The position numbers were made by a program, and so were the translations under genes. From an uncultured delta proteobacterium (lineage in GTDB: Bacteria > Myxococcota > Kuafuiibacteriia > Kuafuiibacteriales > Kuafuiibacteriaceae): a stretch of DNA of 64,000 nucleotides. The stretch covers positions 1,408,001 to 1,472,000 of the forward strand of contig CAWDML010000001.1 in the NCBI GenBank assembly GCA_963803435.1. Direction: 5' to 3'. Positions 19,935 to 28,341 of the stretch are shown here, piece after piece (positions within the stretch are counted from its first letter, which is position 1; every line of letters starts with the position of its first letter). The notes under the pieces were generated by a model, which ran no database searches, was not told the origin of the DNA, and saw only the letters and a list, made by a program, of their open reading frames with translations.

Positions 19935-20668
19935 ACGCTCGCACCTCGACCCCGACCTCTCCCGACCGGCGCGCCCGCGAGCGCCTCATCTCCGAGCACG
20001 TCCCGATGGCGCGTCGCATCGCACGCAAGATGAGCCGCCGCGCCGACGCCGCCACCCGTGAGGACCTCGAGTCCAGCGCGATGATGGGCCTGGTGGAGGC
20101 CGCCAATCGCTACGACTTCGAGCGCCGCGAGCCCTTCGCCGCCTTCGCCTACCGGCGGATCCAGGGCGCCGTGCTCGACGGCATGCGCCGCAGCGACCTC
20201 CTCCCCCGCCGCGTTCGCTCCCTCGCGAACCGGACCGCACGCGTGATGGCGGAGCTCGAGCAGGAGCTCGGTCGCTCCCCCGAGCATTCCGAGGTGGCCC
20301 AGCGCCTCGACGTCTCCATGGAGCGCTACCAGCGCGAGATCCGTCTGCTCCCCGACGTCTGCTTCGTCGAGCTCACCTCCGACCTGGCGCCGGCGAACTC
20401 GCGCCCCGAAGAGGAGGCCGTCGACCAGGTCGAGCGCCGCCGCATGATCGAGAAGGTCAAGGCCGCCCTCATCACCCTGCCGGAGCGGGATCAGCAGATC
20501 CTCAGCCTGTACTACGCCGAGGACCTCACGTACCTCGAGATTGGCAAGATGCTCGGCGTCAGCGAGGCCCGCATCTGTCAGCTCCACGGCCGCGCCATCC
20601 GCAGGATCCGGAGCGAGATCGCCCGCGCCCGCTCGCGGCCCGCTCGGCGATCCGGTCAGAGCGTGTAG
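19931..20668 (+). CDS. fliA: RNA polymerase sigma28 FliA/WhiG, copy 2
   Basis: EDLESSAMMGLVEAANRYD, FAYRRIQGAVLDGMR, LYYAEDLTYLEIGKMLGVSEARICQLHGRAI. Confidence 0.9.
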   Translation: MNARTSTPTSPDRRARERLISEHVPMARRIARKMSRRADAATREDLESSAMMGLVEAANRYDFERREPFAAFAYRRIQGAVLDGMRRSDLLPRRVRSLANRTARVMAELEQELGRSPEHSEVAQRLDVSMERYQREIRLLPDVCFVELTSDLAPANSRPEEEAVDQVERRRMIEKVKAALITLPERDQQILSLYYAEDLTYLEIGKMLGVSEARICQLHGRAIRRIRSEIARARSRPARRSGQSV

Positions 20669-21114
20669 AGCTGGAGCACGAAGGTCCGCTGGGCCTCGAG
20701 AAAGATCAGCACGCCGGTCGAGAACGGTGGATGGAGGAACTCGGTGGGATCCACCCGCCGGCCTCCATCGAGCGCGCCGGCGGTCTCTGTCGGGAACCAG
20801 GGCCGAGGCTCGATCCGCACCGCGCCCGAGGGCGGAGGGTGCGAGGAGGCCTTCTCCAGGATCGCGCGCGTGTCCTCGTCGTTGAAGGTGAGGACGGCCG
20901 TGGCGAGGTAATCCGTGGGCCCGGGCGCGAAGCCTCCCTGGTGGCCGCGCGCCGATACGGTCCACCGCACCTCGAGCGGCGTGGCCGGCAATCGAGCCAC
21001 CTTGGCGAGCCCGGCGAGGTCGCGCCTCGGGCGCTCCGCGGCGGGCTCTGCTCGACAGCCCGTCGCGGCGCCGATCGCCATCGCGATCAGCAGGGCCTGG
21101 GCGCGCCGTCTCAT
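20656..21114 (-). CDS. Lipoprotein, candidate immunity protein
   Basis: Signal with lipobox (MRRRAQALLIAMAIGAATGC); ATGA overlap with the upstream 377-aa gene. Confidence 0.65.
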   Translation of the reverse strand: MRRRAQALLIAMAIGAATGCRAEPAAERPRRDLAGLAKVARLPATPLEVRWTVSARGHQGGFAPGPTDYLATAVLTFNDEDTRAILEKASSHPPPSGAVRIEPRPWFPTETAGALDGGRRVDPTEFLHPPFSTGVLIFLEAQRTFVLQLYTL

Positions 21115-22244
21115 GTTCGATTTCGTACCCGCCGGTTGTCGTCGGGCTGGCGGCCCGCGCCGCCGCCCGTGGACGTTGGCTGCACGTCACCTTGCCCCCA
21201 GCTCACCTGGCGGTCGAGGGTCCCATAGTTCATGTACTGGTGCGCGAGGCCCACCTTCTCGAAGCGGCCGTTCTCGGCGTCCATCGTCCCAGTGGCGATG
21301 TCGGCCGCGCCCGGGTTGAAGTTGTAGCGGTCCTCCATGTGGACCGTCATGTCCATATTGAACTGCGGCTTCCCGCCCGGCTCGGTCGGCGGCGTCACGG
21401 TCACCTTGGCGCTGTTCCAGATGTCGTGGGCGCCGATGGCCTTCTGCCAGTTCTCCGTCTCCGGGTAGGGATAGCCAGGATTGCCGCCGCCGACCGGGAT
21501 CGCCGAGCCGGTCATCTCGAACGTGACGGGCTTGCCCGCGAGGCTCGGATCCTTCGCGAGCATGTCGGAGTAGATCTGCTCGGCACCGAGCTGGGTGTCC
21601 CTGGTGGCGCTGTTCAGCATCACCTTGCCGCTCGGATCGCCGGCCACGTAGCGCTCGTAGTCAATCGTCCGATCTTTTCCGCCGCCGTCGAGGAAGTGGC
21701 GGTAAGCCGCCAGGCCGTCCGGGATGTCGTTGTGCGGCGCGCCCGGGACGCCCTGCGCCGCCTCCGCCAGCTCGAGCTGGCCGCGCCACTTCGCGAGGGC
21801 CAGGTAGTCGCCGGGGCCGGGCCGCGTGGTGGCGATCGGGTTCGGATCGTTCGGGTCGTTCGGGTTCTGCAGAAACCCGTTGTCGTGCTGGATCGGCGGT
21901 CGATTCGCGGGGCCCTGCGTGTAGGTGGCGTCGGTCGAGCTGCCCCCCGGTCCACCCGTCGGATTCTCCAGCGCGAGCGGCGTGGCGGCCGGCCAGCCTC
22001 CGTTCACCAGCTTGGCGTCGGTGCGCGCGCGGACCTGCGCGGTCACGGGATCCGCCGCGGTCTGTGTCCGCGCGTCGGCGGCGGTCTGGAGCGTCGGCTG
22101 GACGACCGGACCGGTGCTCGACTGATCGGGCACGACCGGATCCGTCTTGCCTTGAACGGGCTGCTGCGGATCGTCCTTTTTGAGGGGTTCGATCGTATGG
22201 GTGAGGGTTGGTTGGATCGTTCTGCGTTGTACTTCCTGTACCAT
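21111..22244 (-). CDS. Putative secreted toxin/effector: low-complexity N-terminus plus colicin-M-like C-terminal domain
   Basis: No Sec signal; P/Q/T-rich first ~130 aa; HFLDGGGKDRTID...KAIGAH...EDRYNFN...GLAHQY resembles the colicin M pattern (judged by eye). Confidence 0.6.
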   Translation of the reverse strand: MVQEVQRRTIQPTLTHTIEPLKKDDPQQPVQGKTDPVVPDQSSTGPVVQPTLQTAADARTQTAADPVTAQVRARTDAKLVNGGWPAATPLALENPTGGPGGSSTDATYTQGPANRPPIQHDNGFLQNPNDPNDPNPIATTRPGPGDYLALAKWRGQLELAEAAQGVPGAPHNDIPDGLAAYRHFLDGGGKDRTIDYERYVAGDPSGKVMLNSATRDTQLGAEQIYSDMLAKDPSLAGKPVTFEMTGSAIPVGGGNPGYPYPETENWQKAIGAHDIWNSAKVTVTPPTEPGGKPQFNMDMTVHMEDRYNFNPGAADIATGTMDAENGRFEKVGLAHQYMNYGTLDRQVSWGQGDVQPTSTGGGAGRQPDDNRRVRNRT

Positions 22245-22254
22245 CCGCTCGACG

Positions 22255-22292
22255 TTATCGAGCGCAACCGAGGGGCTCGCTTACGTAAGCGA
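22255..22292 (-). promoter_or_regulatory. Sigma28-like promoter overlapped by a 16-bp palindrome
   Basis: Minus strand TAAG-N17-CTCGATAA, 10 nt before ATG 22244; perfect palindrome TCGCTTACGTAAGCGA at 22277-22292. Confidence 0.45.
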
Positions 22293-22345
22293 TATGCAAG
22301 GAAGCCGACGTGCAGACCGTCGGAAGGCGCACGAGGACACGTTCG

Positions 22346-24259
22346 TCAACGGCAGGACGTGTAGCGACCGCTGATGTACCCGATCGTCGTCCCCCAGCGG
22401 ATCCGGTACCAGGTCGCGTTGCCATCGACGAGCTCACCCGACACCGTCGCCAGCCGATCGACCGCCTGGTTGGACGCCAGCTGCGCGATCGCGTCGTGCG
22501 CGGTGTTGGGCCGCGGCCGCACGTTGAGCGCGCCCACGCCGGCCGCCAGCTCCAGCTCGGCGCAGGGGCGCGCGCCGGACTGCGGCGTCACGCGGACCGC
22601 GTCGAACTCGACACGGCGGCCGAGCGAGGACGACTCGCCGGTGTTGTCGTCGAGGCGGACCAGATAGCCGCCGCCGGCCACGAAGGGGAAGGTCCCCAGC
22701 TCGACGAAGCCGTCGCCGGTCGACTGATCCACGTAGACCTCCTCGACGCCCTGTGCGTGCGTGATGCGATAGCGCGCCTCGCGCGAGCTCAGGCTCGAGG
22801 CCGGGATGAACGCCTCGACCAGATAGGTGCCGGCACGCTCGAAGGACAGCGACCAGCGCGCGTAGTTCGTGGCCTGCTGGCTGGAGGTGGCGCCGGTCCA
22901 CACCAAGCCGCCGTCGTGCCCGCCCGACTCGGCCCTGAGATATTGGACCGGACCGCCCAGCTCGGCGCAGGAGTCGTCCTCCTCGATCGTGCCGCCCGCG
23001 GCGGAGAGCGGAGCGCAGATGTTGGGATCACCGGGCGTGGTCATCGCCGGCGTTACACTGAGAGCGTCGAACACGATCCGTCGATTAAGCGAAGAGGTCT
23101 CGCCGGTGTTGTCCACGATCCGCACCGTGTACGCGCGGGCGTCGAACGTGAAGGTGCCGAGCGACACGAACCCAGCGGCCGAGGATTGATCGACGATGAC
23201 CTCGTGGCTGCCGTCGCGATCGACGACCTCGTACTTAGTCTGCCGCGAGGTTCCGGTGGCGACGTAGGCCTCGAGCTGGTAGCTGCCGGCCGCGTCGAAG
23301 TCGAGCGTGTACACCGCGTAGTTGACGGTGCGGCTCGAGGCCGTCGCGCCGGTCCACACCAGCCCGCCGCCATGGCCCTGCGTGTCGGATCGCAGGTACT
23401 GCGTAGGACCGCCGAGCTCCACACACGCGCCGTCGTCCTCGATGATCCCACCGTTCAGCGGGATCTTCTCGCAGGGCTCGGCGGGCTGCGGCGGACGCCC
23501 GTCGACCGCGATCGCGTCGAGCTGCGCGAGGGTGCCGTTGAAGTAGTTGGTGTCGGTGCCGCTCGAGTTGATGCCGGCGATGTGGCCGCTCTCGGTGAAC
23601 TGATGGAACGTCCATCGCGACCAAGGCTCGGGGACCAGCGGGCACCCGGTCGTGTAGTGCGCCACCCAGAGCAGGTGATCGGTGCTGAACGAGGGCGCGC
23701 CCACCGAGTCGCGCCAGAAGTACGGGCCGGTGTAGATGATGGGCGTGACGCCGAGGACCGCCTCGATCCGGGCGATCCAGGCGCGGACCCGCTGCTGGAT
23801 CGTCGCCGCGGAGACGCCGCCGGTCGCCTCCACGTCGATCACCGGCGGGAGATCGCCGGGCTGGAGCGGGCCCATCAAGTTGATCAGCAAGTCAGCTTGC
23901 GCCACCGGGTCGAGGTTCGGCCGGAAGTACTGGTACACGCCGCGACGGATCCCGGCGCGCCGGGCCTCCGCCCAGTTGCGGGCGAACTTGCTGTCGACGT
24001 TGGCGAGCCCGTCGGACACGCGGATGAAGGCGAACTCGATGCCGTCGCCTGCGACGCGATCCCAGTCGATCGTCCCCTGGTAGTAGCTGACGTCGATGCC
24101 TTTGACCGTCGGTCCGCTCGCGCACTGCCGCTGCAACGCCTTCGAGTCCATCTCGATGTCGGGGACGTCACCGGCTCGCATCACCTCCCCCTCCTCCGGC
24201 TGGGGGAAGCAAGAAGCCACGAGCAGGATGAAGGGGAGCGATCGGAGAGCACGCGTCAT
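22346..24259 (-). CDS. GH25 muramidase lipoprotein with two tandem beta-sandwich (golvesin/CBM-like) domains and C-terminal SH3-like domain
   Basis: Lipobox LVASC; GIDVSYYQGTIDW, RGVYQYF, LPPVIDVE, IIYTG, LWVAHY, WTFHQF; two similar GHxGGLVWTGAT domains; LNVRPRP...WYRI...GYISGRY. Confidence 0.85.
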   Translation of the reverse strand: MTRALRSLPFILLVASCFPQPEEGEVMRAGDVPDIEMDSKALQRQCASGPTVKGIDVSYYQGTIDWDRVAGDGIEFAFIRVSDGLANVDSKFARNWAEARRAGIRRGVYQYFRPNLDPVAQADLLINLMGPLQPGDLPPVIDVEATGGVSAATIQQRVRAWIARIEAVLGVTPIIYTGPYFWRDSVGAPSFSTDHLLWVAHYTTGCPLVPEPWSRWTFHQFTESGHIAGINSSGTDTNYFNGTLAQLDAIAVDGRPPQPAEPCEKIPLNGGIIEDDGACVELGGPTQYLRSDTQGHGGGLVWTGATASSRTVNYAVYTLDFDAAGSYQLEAYVATGTSRQTKYEVVDRDGSHEVIVDQSSAAGFVSLGTFTFDARAYTVRIVDNTGETSSLNRRIVFDALSVTPAMTTPGDPNICAPLSAAGGTIEEDDSCAELGGPVQYLRAESGGHDGGLVWTGATSSQQATNYARWSLSFERAGTYLVEAFIPASSLSSREARYRITHAQGVEEVYVDQSTGDGFVELGTFPFVAGGGYLVRLDDNTGESSSLGRRVEFDAVRVTPQSGARPCAELELAAGVGALNVRPRPNTAHDAIAQLASNQAVDRLATVSGELVDGNATWYRIRWGTTIGYISGRYTSCR

Positions 24260-24382
24260 CGTGCTGGGAAAATAGCGAGCCTCGTCGCCAACTTCTGTTG
24301 GTCAGGGTTCGATCGGAACTCCAATCGATGCGAGGTGTGCGTCGGTCGGCGTACGCTGGTTTTCCGGTGAGGCGGCCATACC

Positions 24383-27300
24383 TCACTCGCAGGCGGCCAC
24401 CGTCGCGCGGAACACGGGGGGACCCATGGGGATCGGTGTCTCGACCCGGGGGATGGCACCCGATTCCGTCACGTTGGTGACGTGATAGGCCTGCTGGTTC
24501 CAGATCCGGGGCGCTGCCACCCACGAGTCTCCGACGTTCGAGTACGCCACGATGCCGCCGCTCGAGCCGAAGTCGTCGTAGAACGCGACCACCAGCTCGG
24601 CACGCCGGTCGTTGTCGATGTCCGCGATGACCGGCAGCTCGAGGTTCGTCGGATTGATCCGCGGCGCCATGTAGATCAGCGCTCCGGTGTTGCCGCGGTA
24701 GGCATAGATGTTGCCGAAGTCGGTGAGCACCAGCTCGGCGATCCCGTCACCCTCGAAGTCGAAGCCGCTGATCGCCGGGCAGCAGGTGTCGTCCATGACC
24801 ACGCCGTTGAACAGCGGCGCGCCCGTCCCCGAGTACACGTGGGTGGCCATCCCGTCGGCGATCGCGACGTCGGGATCGCCGTCCCCGTCGAAGTCGGCGA
24901 TCACGGGCAGCGCGGCGGAGGGCCCGCCCATCGGCGGGATCACGTTCCAGACGACGCTGCCAGTGTGATCGAGGACGTAGAGCGCCGACCCGTTGTGCAG
25001 CGCGATCTCGGGGTAGGGATCGCTCGGATTGAGCATGCCCACCGAGACCCCGCCCTCGCCGATGGCGTGGCCGTTGAACATCGCGCGCCACAGGATCGAG
25101 CCGTCGGCGCGGTAGGCGGTGTCGCCAGCGAGCACCTCGGGCACGCCGTCCAGATCGATGTCGGCGGCCACCGACTGGGGACCGGCGCCCGCGGTCAGGC
25201 CGTGGCTCCCGGTGCCACTCCAGAGCTTCTTGCCCCGGTGATCGAAGACCTCGCTGCCGAGCACGATCTCGCTGAACCCGTCACCGTCGAGATCGACCAG
25301 GTACGGGCTGGAGGCGTTCCAGAGGACCTGGGCGGGCCACGACCAGGGATCGGAGACCCAGAGCAGGTTGCCGAAGCGGTCGAGCGCGACCAGGTTGCCG
25401 GTGGTGTAGCGCGACTCGAAGCTGCCGGCGCCGGTGCCCGGCGGTGTCTGCACCCACTTGCTGCCGATGATCTCCGGGAGCCCGTCTCCGTCGATGTCGC
25501 CGACCGCGAGCTGGCCCGACTCGGCGAGGCGGACCGACGTGACCGAGAAGCGCTCCACGCCGGTGTCGCCCGACACCACGCGCAGCACCCCGGGCTGTGA
25601 GGAGGTGGGATCCGAGAGCGGCACCGTGTGGAAGGTGGTGAAGAGGACCTCGGGGACGTCGTTCTCGTCGACCCGACCGTCGCCGTTGTCGTCGGTGAGA
25701 TTGATGACCACCGGCGAGGCCCACACGTTGTTGAACGTGGGCTCGACGGGCGAGCCGTGCCACTCCCACTCGACCGTCGGCGAGAACGTGGTGGGCGCGA
25801 TGCAGGGCGGGAGCACGACCGGCTGACCCGAGCCGGTGACGGGGATGGCCGGCGGGTTCCGGCAGGCGTCGCTGGTGATCGCGAGCGAGGCGGTGGCCGG
25901 TCCGGCGGCGGTCGGCGTGAAGCGGACCTCGAGCGACCAGATGTCGCTCGGCCGCAGCGTCACCGGCGTGGTCGCGAACAGCCGGATCGACGCCGGCGCA
26001 GCCGTCAGGCCGGCGCTACTGACGTTGATGGGCATGGTGCCGGCGTTCCGGCACACGATCGTCTTGATCTTGGTGATGCCCACGTCGGTGGGCCCGAAGT
26101 CGACGGTGCCCGGCGTGCAGTCGAGCACGCGGTCGCAGCTCTGATCCCAGTTGCCGTCCATGATCACCGGGACGGCGGGCTTGTTGAGATCCGAGGAGAG
26201 AATGTCGAATTGACCGAAATGCGGGCCGGGTCCGGTGGGCGCATACTCGATCGTGAGCGTGGGCGCGGCGCTGGCGCCGCCCGGCAGGGTGGCCGGCAGC
26301 GACGGTCCCTGCGCGATGCGGAACTCCGGCGGGGTGCCGGGCGCCTTCATGATCCCGCGGAGCTCGAGCGTGCCCGAGCCGCAGCTCGAGATCGTGACGG
26401 TGCGCGACGCGACGGTCCCCGCGGCCACCGTGCCGAAGTGCAGCTCGGTGGGCATGACGCAGATCTCCGCGTTGGCCGCGGTGCCCGAGATCGCGACCTG
26501 GTGCACCGTGGTGGTGGTCCCGCCGATCGCCGAGGTCTCCACCTCGACGATGTCGAAGTGGGCGCCGGGCGCCGTCGGGGCATAGGCCACGTCGACGTCG
26601 GCGCCGAACATCGGGAACACGATCCCGACCAGGGGCGCCATCACCGTGAACTCGGGATGACTGAGGACCAGGCGCACCGACCGGATCCGGCAGGGCTCGG
26701 AGCCGATCGCGTTCACGCTGATCGTCTGGTGCACCGTGCTCCCCACGGAGGTGAGGCCGAAGTTGAGGACCGTCGGGCGCAGCTCCACCGCACAGTCGTC
26801 CACCTCTTCCGGGTTGCCGAGGAGGTCGACCGTGCCGATCAGGCCGCCGGCGTCGACTGTCAGCGTCCCGGTGTGCGGGCCGGCGTCGGGCGGCGCGTAC
26901 TCGACGCCGATCAGCTCCGAGGCGCCCGTTCCGATGGTGAATGGAAGGGCGGGCGCCGTGGTGACGGAGAAGGGCGCGCCCGTCGTCTCGAGCCGGGTGA
27001 TGGTGCAGGTGGAGGCGCCGTTGTTGGCCAGGAGCACGTTGCGGGTGTCGGTCGAGCCGATCGCCACGCCCGTGTAGGTCACCGAGGAAGGCGCCACCAC
27101 CAGATCGCACGGCCGCGCCGCGGTCGCCTGGATCGGGAAGTACGTCTCCGGCATGCCGTAGGCGTTCGAGTCGGCGCGGACGAACCCGCTGGCCGGACCG
27201 AGGGCGGTGGCGTCGAAGCGCACCGCGAGGTCAACGGTCTGGCCAGGCGCCAGCTGGTTCGCCGGGAGCGCCGGCAGCGATACGATCGAGAAGCCGGGAT

Positions 27301-28195
27301 CCGTCGGATAGCCGGCGTCCGTGCTGAGCGCGAGGTTCGTGAGATCGAGCGGCTGCAGACCGCAGCTCTCGACTGTGAGCGTGGCGGTGACCGAGCCTCC
27401 CTCCGGCACCAGGCCGAGGTCGAGCGGCAGCGGGTGCGCGCAGACGGCCGGTGCCACACCCGCGCCGCAGACGGGGATCCGGATCGAGGAGGAAGAGGCG
27501 AGATCGGTGGTGATGATGAACGCGCCGCTGTCCCGCCCGCCGTCGCCGGGCCGATAGCGCACCTCCATCTCCAGAGACTCTCCGGGCGCCAAGGTCTTGG
27601 GCTCGGCGGGCCCGTCGATCTCGAACTCGGCGGTGGCGCCCGGCTCGAGGACCGCCGACAGGACCTTGACAGCGTCGGAGCCGATCGCAGTGACCGTGAT
27701 GGTGTGCGTCGCCACCTCGCCCGGAACCACCTCGCCGAAGTCGATCGAGCTGGGGTCGTCCATGCAGGGCGTGCCGTCGTTCGTGACGGAGAGATCGCCG
27801 ATCACGCCCACACCGACCAGGTCGACCCGGTGCTCACCGGTGCCGTCGTCCGCGACGATCACGAGGACGGCGCGATCCTCGCCGACGTCGCTGGGCTGAT
27901 AGACGATGTTGAACTCGAGCGGCGACGACGGCCGCAGCGAGTCGGGTACCGGCGTGGCGAACACGAACTCGCCGGTGCTCGACTCGAGCTCGAACTTCGT
28001 GATCGGGAGATCCGCGATGCCGCGGTTCTCGAGGTGGAGGCTCTTCACCCTCAGGTCGCCGACCGCGACCTCACCGAAGTCGATCTGCTCCGGCTCCACG
28101 ATCAGCTTGCGGCTGGCGTCGAGGAGATCGCCGCCGCAGTCGCAGGAGCAGATCGGAAACAGGCTGAGGACCGCGAGGATGGGAGAGCGCCGCAT
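24383..28195 (-). CDS. Large surface lipoprotein with tandem choice-of-anchor D/ASH-type Ig repeats and FG-GAP beta-propeller
   Basis: Likely start MRRSPILAVLSLFPICSCDC; about seven P..(I/L)DFG.V..G repeats; multiple DIDGDG.PE motifs; RIWNQQAYHVTNVTESG tail. Confidence 0.8.
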   Translation of the reverse strand: MRRSPILAVLSLFPICSCDCGGDLLDASRKLIVEPEQIDFGEVAVGDLRVKSLHLENRGIADLPITKFELESSTGEFVFATPVPDSLRPSSPLEFNIVYQPSDVGEDRAVLVIVADDGTGEHRVDLVGVGVIGDLSVTNDGTPCMDDPSSIDFGEVVPGEVATHTITVTAIGSDAVKVLSAVLEPGATAEFEIDGPAEPKTLAPGESLEMEVRYRPGDGGRDSGAFIITTDLASSSSIRIPVCGAGVAPAVCAHPLPLDLGLVPEGGSVTATLTVESCGLQPLDLTNLALSTDAGYPTDPGFSIVSLPALPANQLAPGQTVDLAVRFDATALGPASGFVRADSNAYGMPETYFPIQATAARPCDLVVAPSSVTYTGVAIGSTDTRNVLLANNGASTCTITRLETTGAPFSVTTAPALPFTIGTGASELIGVEYAPPDAGPHTGTLTVDAGGLIGTVDLLGNPEEVDDCAVELRPTVLNFGLTSVGSTVHQTISVNAIGSEPCRIRSVRLVLSHPEFTVMAPLVGIVFPMFGADVDVAYAPTAPGAHFDIVEVETSAIGGTTTTVHQVAISGTAANAEICVMPTELHFGTVAAGTVASRTVTISSCGSGTLELRGIMKAPGTPPEFRIAQGPSLPATLPGGASAAPTLTIEYAPTGPGPHFGQFDILSSDLNKPAVPVIMDGNWDQSCDRVLDCTPGTVDFGPTDVGITKIKTIVCRNAGTMPINVSSAGLTAAPASIRLFATTPVTLRPSDIWSLEVRFTPTAAGPATASLAITSDACRNPPAIPVTGSGQPVVLPPCIAPTTFSPTVEWEWHGSPVEPTFNNVWASPVVINLTDDNGDGRVDENDVPEVLFTTFHTVPLSDPTSSQPGVLRVVSGDTGVERFSVTSVRLAESGQLAVGDIDGDGLPEIIGSKWVQTPPGTGAGSFESRYTTGNLVALDRFGNLLWVSDPWSWPAQVLWNASSPYLVDLDGDGFSEIVLGSEVFDHRGKKLWSGTGSHGLTAGAGPQSVAADIDLDGVPEVLAGDTAYRADGSILWRAMFNGHAIGEGGVSVGMLNPSDPYPEIALHNGSALYVLDHTGSVVWNVIPPMGGPSAALPVIADFDGDGDPDVAIADGMATHVYSGTGAPLFNGVVMDDTCCPAISGFDFEGDGIAELVLTDFGNIYAYRGNTGALIYMAPRINPTNLELPVIADIDNDRRAELVVAFYDDFGSSGGIVAYSNVGDSWVAAPRIWNQQAYHVTNVTESGAIPRVETPIPMGPPVFRATVAACE

Positions 28196-28341
28196 GCCGG
28201 TGTGGTACGCGAGTCCTCCGCTTCGATGGATCATCCTAAAAGACGTCGCACTCGGACCTTTTATGGGAAGGACGTTACTCTTCGGCCGAGCCTCGACCAC
28301 CCGATGGACGCGCGGTCCGGATCGGCGCTAGGTGAACCCCA

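Noticed and set aside
22346-24259. GH25 as prophage endolysin
   Set aside because: It has a lipoprotein signal and no holin, structural or integrase genes nearby.
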